DNA of 48,790 nucleotides from Perkinsus olseni (Eukaryota): NCBI GenBank assembly GCA_013115125.1, contig JABANN010000234.1, positions 1 to 48,790 of the forward strand, read 5' to 3'. Shown piece by piece: positions 21,054 to 30,800 of this stretch (position 1 is its first letter; each line of letters starts with the position of its first letter). The notes under the pieces were generated by a model. It saw only the letters and a program-made list of their open reading frames with translations, ran no database searches and was not told where the DNA came from. The position numbers and the translations under genes were made by a program.

Positions 21054-24000
21054 ATGTGGTATGAGGTCAAATTTGTTGCTCACATCCCGGGGGAAACTCC
21101 GTTATCTTTCACTTGCCACAGCAGCCGCTGCTTTCAAGATTTTAGGGTTTTTGTATTTCTGGTGTAGTTACGAGGAAGCGGACGCGCTGAGGGTTCAGTC
21201 GGCGTTCAATACTCAAGGCAGGGAGATGATGGAGGGCAGCGTCGAAGGGTAGGGAGGAAAACGTCACTGCGCCACGAAATTATGGTTGGGCCAGGTCGAA
21301 GGGTGCTGGCCGAGCTCAGCCGTTGTTGAATTATATGCCGGTTGGGGAACGGGGTGGAGATGAAGGGGCGGTAGATATGGGAGAAAAGGAGGAGAGGACA
21401 GAGGGTAATAGGTTGACCTGTTTTGTATCTTGCATTGGTGAACCAAAGATACCCAAAGTGACGGCTGTTAGTTCTCTCATCCTATTAGGATCTTTCCGCG
21501 CGCCACAAAATTATGATGATGATGCTGTTAATCAGGTGCCGCTGCAACGCCACTTTTGACCTCGGACGAAGCTAAGATACGCGAAGAGGAGTTGAAGAAG
21601 ATATCCCAGAGGCCGACGCCCTGGTCGCTGATGGAGAAGGAACAACATCGGAATCCTGTGCTGCGGTGAGAAGGCAAAATTCAGGGTTGAATAGGTCGGG
21701 TTAAAATCGTTGAGTAATTTTTTCCGAAGCAAACTGAGTAGATCTATCTTACCGACGGAATTGATTTATTTATGTAAGTATTTTTCACTGAGGAAATTTT
21801 TGGGTTTTTTCATATTTTCCGAAAATTTCTCCTCGGGAATTTCGTATCTTTTGTTCATGCCAGGTTGCATGAGGAGATTTGGGCGTTTGCTGAACACTAT
21901 TTGCTCACGCCGAAGGATACTCGAGTGGAGGCCGGGAAAATGGCAAAGAAAATTGCGGATGAGGTCAGAAGGGATTGCTGATGACTGCGGTTGCGGGATG
22001 GTATCTTAGGTTGAAGCGTGCTTGAGAGCAAATCAGCCGTCAACAACTTCCTCTAAGAAGTGGACGACAGTTCGCCCGTGTGGCCTGTACAGTTTGGGTG
22101 AGTTGCATTGATGTATTCTTTGCTGTGCGCGAAAGATATTTTTGGCGTATCTTTAGGTATCGGGAACTTGTTGGAGCGAGATGGATTCTGTATTGAACTG
22201 TATGTCGAGAATATACCGAAACTCTACAGTAAAGGCGGTAAGGCCGTCGTCAGAGGAGGGGCGGCCGCTGCTGGCGGAGCTGGGCAGGGCACTGCCGGGT
22301 AGAAGGGGTTGGTAATTTCGTGGAGCAGTGACGCTTGTCGGAATTCGTTCTATCATGGGGGTTCGCCTTCTTCGAATGATTACAGAAATCGCGGTAAAAT
22401 TGGCAGAATCGCACGCCCGACGAGGTTCATATTACCTCCTCGAGTGGTCCAACGTTAGTCGGGTAGTAACGAAGTGCGAAGTTGCACCCGACATCTAATC
22501 CAATGAGGCTTTCCCCGGCGTTCACGAAGATGATAGGTCAATGTGGGGCAGGGCGTAACTTCGAGGAGAAAATCGATAATCTGTGAGTATGGGCATCTTT
22601 ATTGGCACCCAATTCTGATGGTTTTGGAGGAATGGAAGAGGCTGACCATTTTCCTGTGGGCATGGCGATTCCGAGGAACCTTGCGAATTGTGGTATGCCT
22701 TGAGATGGGTTCGGTGGTTTCCTGTGAGAAAGAATTTATTGGAGCTGTTATGAAATTGTTGTTGTTTTCAGGAGTGGAGGGGATCGGGCGTCCGAAGGGA
22801 TGATGGCGTGTGCGGCCCGACTGGTGTCGCACCTAAGCGAGGCTGGCTTGCTTGTGGACAGCAACGAGAAGAAGGATAAAGTGACAGTTGGTAGGGATGT
22901 GCGGGCATCTTGCAATCTTGCGTGATCTTGCATTTTCTCAGTGAAGTGTGGGTCGATATTGACTACTGGTATCCTCTGCCCTGTTATATACTTTACTACC
23001 ACTGCCCCCGGTGGCCTTCGCTGTGCTATCTGGTTGAACTCGGACGAGGCTGATGGAGTCACGCGGGTTACTAAAAAAAACATATCGGAGTACCCTGCTT
23101 TATTGCCATTGTAAGAAATGTCATGCGGAAGATTTGAACCCGGGCCATAGGGATTGCGGCGGTGGATTCTACCACTGGACCATAGCTACGCTGATCGTGT
23201 GGCAGGTTCGCGGTGAACTCGGCCTATTTGACTCAAGCAGGACTGCTGGCTCATGATGGGAGAGCTCAATGCCTGGATAAGTGAGAACAATATCAATTTT
23301 GCTATCACCCACAGTTGATTGAAATGACCGCGCGCCACGAAATTATTTCCTCAGTTACTCGCTGATCTCGTTGATCAACACTTTCCTGCGGGACCAGGAG
23401 AGGTCGGCCTCCCAGGAGTTGACCAAATCGACGGCGGCGTTTGGGGACAACAGCAAACCGGCGTTCACTAGCATGAGTCTCGGCGATTTGCTTTGGGAAT
23501 TTGCCAAGTAGTTCAGGTGAAATTTTCCGACGATTTATGAAGAATGAGTGAAAAGTCCCGAGGATCTGGGTGGGGGTTACCTCGGTTCGTCGAAGAGGAG
23601 AGAGATTTCTAGCCATGATTTAGTCATTGCTTTACGGGGGCATTGCTTCGGATATTTTCACTTAAGTCTGGGAAATGTTTTTCCGTCAGATCGTATAGTC
23701 GCGAGATCGATGAAAACGGTGAAGAGGGCGCAGATGACGGTAGGGATAAATGCAACTTTCCGGGATTGAACCAGGGACCTCTCGATTAGGAAACTTGCGA
23801 CGGTCGAGCAAACGACAGTGGCTGCTACCGTGGTTGGAGAACCTAATCGACTTGACCGATCAGCTGTCCAACTTCAAGGAGACCAAGGCTGCCTTCGAGT
23901 GCATGTACGCCACACTGAAGTGAGTGGGCGGAGCGAAGGTTTCTCATTTCTCGTTTTGGCTGGGATATGAATCATCCGAATTAAGGAGGTCTGTGAGATG

Positions 24001-25340
24001 TCCGATTCGGAAATGATCCGGGCAATTTCTATCGCGTCGGAAATTTTTTCCTAACCTCGAAGAGAGGTAGTCGTTTGATGATCCTGCAGGCACCTGCTGA
24101 GATCGCCTGAGATTCGACAGGAGCGGAATAGAAGTCTTTTGGTGCCCTACTTACTGGACTCACCGCCGGATAGGGCAGCCACTATGAGAGGAAGTAAAGC
24201 GTGGAAAGAATATGGTCGAGGCAGGGAACTTGGGGGGAGAGGTAGGCTGAGCAGGCAGCCGCCCGGGTTCGATCCTCGGCAGACGTGTTTTAGGTTTAAC
24301 TGACTATTACCGCGATGAGACGCGACGGAGATTTTCGGAGGTCATTAAGATTCGGTCGAATTTGGGCGAGGAGATGAAACTGCGAATGAACCACCCCAGC
24401 ATGGCCACGTGGTGGTCGTCAAACAATGCTCCAACGGAGCCTGTGAGTTTTTGTCACTGCGCCACGAAATTGTGGAGGCGATTGTGGTCGTATATTTCAG
24501 AGTCGGAAGAGGGGCAGGGAGGAGTCGAGGGGACCTCCGAGCAAGAAGCAGGCGAGTGGTGGCAAATAATGAGCCCTTGTGTGTTGCAGAGGTCTCACCT
24601 TATTTTCGTAGAATTGCGTTCGGCGGGGATAGATCCGGGGACCTTTCGATTACTCACTTTGGATCGTGGTAGGAGGCCAAGTACACCAATTTGCCCGCTT
24701 ATATTACCTTATCATCGACAGTATGACTTATACCGCTGTCGCGCCAGCTCATCATCGTCAGCAAAGCGACGAGGTCGACACGACGATTATGATGATGAGA
24801 CCCAGCATGGCCACCTGGTGGTTTCCCAGAGTTCACCAACCGCCATCACCGCAGCCCCCTCAGCAGCCGCAGCCGCAGAAAGATATCACTGAGCAGAGGG
24901 GCGCTGTTGTTATGGATGTTGACCAAGTTCAGGTAACTGTTGTTGATGACCTCAATTTTTTGAGAATATTTTGAGTTTTTTTTTCGGAAAAAACAGTCTT
25001 TTTTGAAAAATACTGTGGGCCCCAGAGATTGTTTTTTTGGTATTGAAGACAGAACATCGACCATCGTCTAGCAGAAAATTGCTTCATCTTTCTCGGATGG
25101 CGGATGGTGATTTTTTTTCTCTCACGGTGCAAAAAACGAATATTTTTCGTGTAGTAACACGCGTCGTTGCCTCTATTCTATATCCGTTGGCTTAAGCTAC
25201 TTGTCTTCAGCAAGCATGAAAAAGAGCGCATCTTTTCTTCTTTTCAGTCCCGTAAAAGAGGTCGACCAATAGAAACCTCCTTCGCCAGCAGCGAAGAGTA
25301 TTACCATCAGCTTCCTAAGCGCGGTCATTTCCTGGCTTAA
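21054..25340 (+). CDS. Trf4/PAPD5(TENT4)-like non-canonical poly(A) polymerase homolog lacking catalytic Asp residues (multi-exon)
   Basis: The spliced product reads RLHEEIWAFAEHYLL (exon ~21863-21962), VRPCGLYSLG...FCIELYV, CPVIYF...GLRCAIWLN...YPALLPL, NYSLISLINTFL, SLGDLLWEF, and WLENLIDLTDQLSNFKETKAAFECMYATL. These are collinear with the Trf4 motifs LHxEI, FGSxxTG..SDID, VPIIKF..DISFN..YPxLxPL, SYSL, NLGxLLxEF and the PAP-associated VKxAFxxAYxxL. Stop TAA at 25338-25340; start codon uncertain. Confidence 0.75.
23120..23190 (-). pseudogene. Degenerate tRNA (Gly-like) relic filling intron 23111-23205
   Basis: Minus strand ...TGGTCCAGTGGTAGAAT...GGCCCGGGTTCAAATC... closely resembles the D and T arms of eukaryotic tRNA-Gly. 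The anticodon and acceptor stems are disrupted. Confidence 0.65.
23751..23786 (-). pseudogene. tRNA 3'-half relic filling the 50-nt intron 23740-23789
   Basis: Minus strand ATCGAGAGGTCCCTGGTTCAATCCCGGAAAGTTGCA: variable loop, T arm (B box) and acceptor strand. Confidence 0.6.
24262..24286 (+). pseudogene. tRNA 3'-end relic in the 52-nt intron 24242-24293
   Basis: CCCGGGTTCGATCCTCGGCAGACG followed shortly by TTTT-AG, which is the splice acceptor. Confidence 0.55.
24615..24653 (-). pseudogene. tRNA 3'-half relic in the ~65-nt intron 24608-24672
   Basis: Minus strand TAATCGAAAGGTCCCCGGATCTATCCCCGCCGAACGCA, a Val-like GAAAGGTCCCCGG with a mutated T loop. Confidence 0.5.
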
Positions 25341-25470
25341 CCGGCGGGAGAGAAGATCGCCGATGCTGATTACGTTGAAAATTACATAGTAGATGATTTA
25401 TAGAGGTCACGGTAGGGGCCTCGAGAGGTGCAGATAACGACGAATATTATTACTGCTTTTATGTCGAGTT

Positions 25471-25544
25471 GACAGTGCTGGGAATCGAGCCCGGGACCTC
25501 TGCTTGACGGGGCAGCGAAGAATACTGCTTGAGTGACTTGGCCC
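25471..25544 (-). pseudogene. Full-length degenerate tRNA-like relic between the Trf4-like gene and PIG-L
   Basis: Minus strand GGGCCAAG...CTGCCCCGTCAAGCAGAGGTCCCGGGCTCGATTCCCAGCACTGTC, ~74 nt. The T arm and a partial anticodon stem are recognisable. Confidence 0.5.
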
Positions 25545-25647
25545 TTGTTCGGCTGCTGAGAGAAAAAAAAATCGAGATTTTTTCATTCTGAAAGATAGAT
25601 GGTTGAATAATTAATCTCTCTTTTCGTTGCTTGTAGTGATTGGTGTA

Positions 25648-27277
25648 ATGATTTCCCTCGGATGCTTTGGAGTTATCTCGGCGATAGTTCTGCTGTTGGC
25701 ATTTTTCTCGGCAGTACGACTAAAGTAAGACGTGGTAAAAAAGTCATCTTGACTTATTTTGTATCTTCCATGCTTCGACCTATGATACCCTCAGGTTCAT
25801 GAGCTCACCAGAAAGATTCCCGTTCAAGTCGGCTGTGATAGTAGTAGCCCATCCCGATGATGAGACTATGTTTTTCTTGCCGACGATAAAATGGCTGAAA
25901 AAACTGGGAATTGAAATTAGCGTTTTATGCTGCACGACGGGAGATTATGATGGGCTTGGCGGTAAGTCCAGCAGGAGTCTCAACGAATCTTTTGTAGTCG
26001 TAATTACGTTAACAAGGGGAGAAGATTGCACTTTCGCTGCAAATAACAGCAATAATAGGTCCCGAGTTCGGATCTTACAAGCGTCATTTTTAACGCATTT
26101 ATTTCTGGTAGTTCTTCGGACAGAAGTGGAAGAGCTGCTAGAGTTCTACTGCATGCGCAAAGTGATGTATCGATTTTTAGGTACTCGTAAGAAAGAGTTC
26201 GAAAAAGTTTGTAATTTTTTGGGCGCGCGAAATTTCATTCTCGATGAATCACGCATTCGAGATGGATGGGAAATGTGGAATGCTGATGTTACTGCAGAGG
26301 TGAGGGAAAAATACCGTCCGTCGGGTTTGAACCCGGGACCTTTTTAGGTGCTGCAAAAACGCTACTTCGAGCGGGCTGACATGACCGATTCCGCTATAAT
26401 TACGTTTGATCGTCGCGGAATTAGCGGCCATCCTAACCACAGGAGTGTTCATGCCGGAGTTGAGGCGTGGCGAGCGCGGTTCGCGAAAGACAAGACGGTG
26501 AAGGTTTTCAATCTTCAAACTGTGAATGTAGGTCGGGGGGGGCGCTACTTGTCAACAAAGAAATGCTTGGGAATTTTTCATTTTTATATTCTCGAAAAAA
26601 ATTGGAAATTTTCTCGCAGCAAAAGTGAAAAGAAATTTTTTCTGATATTTCGATTTAATAGAAATATTTTTCGGAGCAGGTTCTGCAATAGATTGAGGAG
26701 ACTTTCCTAATAGTGATGGAAGTGGCCGATAGTGGCCACCACCCAAATTTTTCTCATTCTTTGAGAATTGGAAAAATTGTGGCATTCAGAGAGTGTTCAA
26801 TAAACTGATCATGGAACTTGAAATTGATTCTTGGACGTAGAAGGCGGTTTGAGAATCGATTTTGAGCTGCACAATTGTGTATTGAACACCCCTCCGAACT
26901 TTCATGGGAGTTCTTATTGCTATCCACAAACTGGTACCGTGCGCCGGTATTGGGCCGAAAATTTTTTCTCCTGTTGAATTTCCGCAGGAAAATTTATACG
27001 CTTTTGAAAGTGGGTGATTGACTTCGCGTATGGTAGTGAAAATTTTTCTGAGAAGGATTGAGAATTTTGATGTCAGATTCTCCGGAAATATCTTCTTCCG
27101 CTGGACCTGTTGTTCATGCTGATGGATTCCTCGCGGGGATTAACGATCGTGAACTCGGAAGATCCTTGGGCGCTGTTCCGCACTATGAAGATTTATCACA
27201 CCCAAGATGTGTGGTTTCGGAAGCTGTTTGCAGTCTTCTCGCGGTATGCTTATGTTAATTCCTTGATTGAAGTTTGA
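25648..27277 (+). CDS. PIGL: N-acetylglucosaminyl-phosphatidylinositol de-N-acetylase (PIG-L/Gpi12), multi-exon
   Basis: N-terminal TM exon (MISLGCFGVISAIVLLLAFF), AHPDDETMFFLPTI, TGDYDGLGG-TRKKE, ITFDRRGISGHPNH, and last exon ILRKYL...HTQDVWFRKLFAVFSRYAYVNSL; stop TGA at 27275-27277. Confidence 0.95.
26312..26343 (-). pseudogene. tRNA 3'-half relic filling the 48-nt PIG-L intron 26300-26347
   Basis: Minus strand AAAGGTCCCGGGTTCAAACCCGACGGACGGTA, directly followed by TTTTT (Pol III terminator-like). Confidence 0.6.
26791..26891. mobile_element. Degenerate foldback/MITE-like relic in a PIG-L intron
   Basis: Inverted ends gtgttcaata and tattgaacac, with an inner inverted pair cttgaaattgattct and agaatcgattttgag. 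No clear TSD. Confidence 0.4.
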
Positions 27278-27876
27278 GGAGAGAAAGTGTTGAGTTCTTT
27301 CGACCGGAGAAATAGGTCGCTGGACAGGGGCTATTGCGATTCATAGTCTGTAATTTCCGACGACGTTTGCATGGTAAGTCCATGAAGATTGAACGACGCA
27401 CTTTTATTTTGTAAGGGGGTGGACTATGTTCTGGGGAAATTTCCGGTCACTATTTTTCGGTGATTCTTGACCAGTCAGAAGGACGAGATGCGTTTTGTGT
27501 GGTATTCTGGGATTTTATGCTCATCTACAGCGGAGTTCATCCGGGAGACGGGAAGCGCTAGTTGAGGAACGCGGAAATCGCATTTGACGGGTGAAAGACT
27601 TTGCCGTGACTGAGGCTCAGCCGAGGATTGGGGTGTCGTAAGAGCCCCCACGAAAGCAAAATGGTAATTCTATATCGACCCTGCTTGGAGAATCGAGCAA
27701 GAGAGCAAGTGGCCAAGGTATTGGTCATCAGAAATTCGCGAGAAAGTTACTTTGACTTGAAAACGGCACTTGGACAAATCACGGGTGAGGCATTAGTGAT
27801 TAGGTCTTCCACCATTAGCGGCAAGCTGAGCTGAGGCTGCACGATTGTCCTGTAGTTTTACTATTCACTTGCAGTC

Positions 27877-30800
27877 ATGCCGGCGGCCGCGATGCCCCTG
27901 TCGGAGTATCTTGATCGGATAGAAGCCGCTTGTCGACCACCGAGGGAATGGACCATGGCTTGTGAAACGGTGATGGAGACTGTGGGGCATGTTTTGGACG
28001 ATCATTACGGTACTAGTGGACCGAAGATCAAGGCTCAGGTAATTTCGTGGCGCGTGACGGTGGCTCCTGGGTAACTCGAGAGTGCAGGCGAGTAATCTCT
28101 CTGTTCGCGATCGATTCGTGCTGCCAATGGACGTGGACTTGAAAGTTGAAGAGTTTATATTTTTGAGAGTCTTCAAGGGTTGTCTAGTTTTGGTCTGCGA
28201 GAATCAGGAGAATTTTGGTATGGCGAATAATGTATAATTATGAAACGAATTTAGGCATGGGAGTGTCTCGGGCAGAATGTGTGTGCAATTTTTGAAGATG
28301 AAAATGGCTACAACTTCGGCAAGATGTGGTTTTGATGATCGATATTATCGGCGGTCTCCGATTTTTCAGGGCTCCTACGTGCAAAGTTTGATGATCCGAG
28401 GTAGCGACTTGGACCTTGTATTATACAGAAAAGGGAGGAGTGTCAATTCTTGTAGTGAAGGGTGGCTGGGAGAGGTCCCTGGTTCGAATCCCTGTGCGAC
28501 CTCTTTTATATTACTATATTAAACATATATTATATACAGACATCTCCATTATGATATTAAGATATTAGTGTATGATAGCCCATCATTAATATTATGAAGT
28601 TCTGGTTTTATGAAGGCGCCTTTTTTATAGTGCGTGAGTGGGTTTAAAGTCCAACGCCGACAGTACGGCTTAGTTAAGCTAACATCGACGTATCAGAAAT
28701 TATTCATGGTCATAAGATACTAATATGACGGTTGATAGTTCGTAAATAACATAAACGATTCGAGACTGGATTTTTTTGCGTTTTTTTTGCGTTTTTTGCG
28801 GTTTCCTTTATCTTTACATTTTGTGAGGGAGATACTCTGCGCGCGATGATCCAACCTATTTTGTATCTTCTCATGGTCGACATTGATTCTCCTCGGCCGC
28901 AAAATGGCGGTGCGGCGAGAAGGCCTTATTTTCCATCCATTATCGTAAATTGATCTGGTTATTTTGCATCTTCTGAACTTGGATGTAATTTTTCGCGTGT
29001 CACCAAGGTATTCCGCGAGCTGAAATTGCGACGTAAAATCAGGTTGAATTTTTCTGCTCATTTTTGATGGTATCTTTCGCTATTGTCTCGTGTGAACCTA
29101 AGATACCTGTTCAACATTTTTTTCATCAGGTTCTAAGAATTGCGTGAAACGGTATCTTACTACCACAACTGATGCGGTGGTGAGATCGTTGAATCACCTC
29201 AATGGTGACGTGAAGGCTCGGGTGAAGCAGCGGATCTTGCACGCTCGTGTTCCTATCGTTAAGCTTGTTTTTGAGGTAGTATTTTCACTTGGGCTCTGGG
29301 CAAGATATCGTTCGTACTGGTCGCTTTGCTGTATTCACATCGCGCGTCACCAAAAAAGATCATTTGTCAATTTCTTAACTTAGCTGCTGTCAAGACACGT
29401 CGTCCGAATTTCCGGAAAGGTTGCAAATTTTGGTAAATTTGCGGTTTTTCTGGCAGCTGACGGTCATGGTTTGTGGCCGTGAAGCATCTCAGAGGCGATT
29501 TTCTCTCGTGATGCACGACCGCTAGATGTTTGTTCTCGACAACGTGAGTGAAAAATACGTCATCAATTTCGCGCTTCCCTGCCCGTCAGCAGTCATGAGA
29601 AATCTCGCCTCGCGTGATGCACATTTCGCAGTAGAAAGGTGATAGTTTGTCTCGGGAAGAATCTTTGGTCGCCTCAGGTTCGATCCGAAATGATCGATTT
29701 GGAGGCGGATGAACCCTCATCGCCCTCGTCCGCTGCATCTACGACTTCCTCGTCCTCTGAGAACAGCGACGGTGTTTCGATAAAAACGGTGAAGCCGCAG
29801 ACGGTTGAAGTTGATATGTCCTACGGAGATGAGCAGCGAGGAGAATGTGATGCTGTGGTAGTTGACGAGGGGCGTTGAGGGAATGCAAGATGAACAAGAT
29901 ACGCAAGAAAGTCTTGTGGTTGTGATTGGGGAAAATGCTCTTTTATAAATGCTGTTGTCGTATCGTATTGATTTACATAACTCGCCCCTTCATCCGAAAC
30001 GAGAGCGTTGAGGAAGTGCAAGATGTGCAAGATACGCAAGATCACGGTTCCATTCGTTTGCAGATACAGACTCTCATATCGTCCGGCGGAGAGGTCTGTC
30101 ACAAGTTCGTGACGCTGGTGAAATTATGGGGTAGAATTAGCGGAGCCGCAGATTCCTTCAACAACTGCCTTTCGACCTTCGCCCTCATTCTATTGGCTAT
30201 TTATCACTTCAAGTCGGTGGATATAATAGAGAAGCGGAAGAGAAAAGGAGAAAATAGGCCGATTGGTAGTGCTGGAGGGTTGTTACCGGTGGTCGTGGGT
30301 TCGATTCCCGCACCAGGCATTTTAGTTCGTATTTCACTTCTGCGCTCGAAGTGTTGCGGGACATGGGTCATCTAAGGTATCTGAGTATTGTCTGCTGAGT
30401 CACACTTCACATCCGCGCCCGCCCTGGTGATCGATCTGGTCATGATTCCTGTTTATCTCAGATGTTGCATTCTTGCTTTCTTCGTTTTTCCACTGGGTTG
30501 CCTTTAACTTCCACTGCGAGGATGTTGAGATTGATGTTGAGGAGCACAAGATGCATTCCAGGTTGCCCTCTACATACTGTCCGATGTTCATTCGGGTGAG
30601 GTACCGGGCTGTGATTGTGGATATTCCGATGAGAGAATTCGCATGAAATGTTGACAAGCTTCATGTGTTAAACCGCGCGGAATGGGAGGCGCCGAGATAG
30701 CGATATCCGCACCACGTGGGAAAATACAGATAAGGTTGCTATCATTGGTACTGGGGCGCTGAATGGTGTTCTTGATTGAGATAACGGAATAAATGAAGCG

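Noticed and set aside
26057-26075. Additional B-box-like words (also ~10230, ~18430, ~42947)
   Set aside because: Too short, or lacking flanking tRNA similarity, to distinguish from chance.
20283-30319. Calling the tRNA-like segments functional tRNA genes
   Set aside because: None shows intact acceptor, anticodon and T stems together, and most are 3' halves only.
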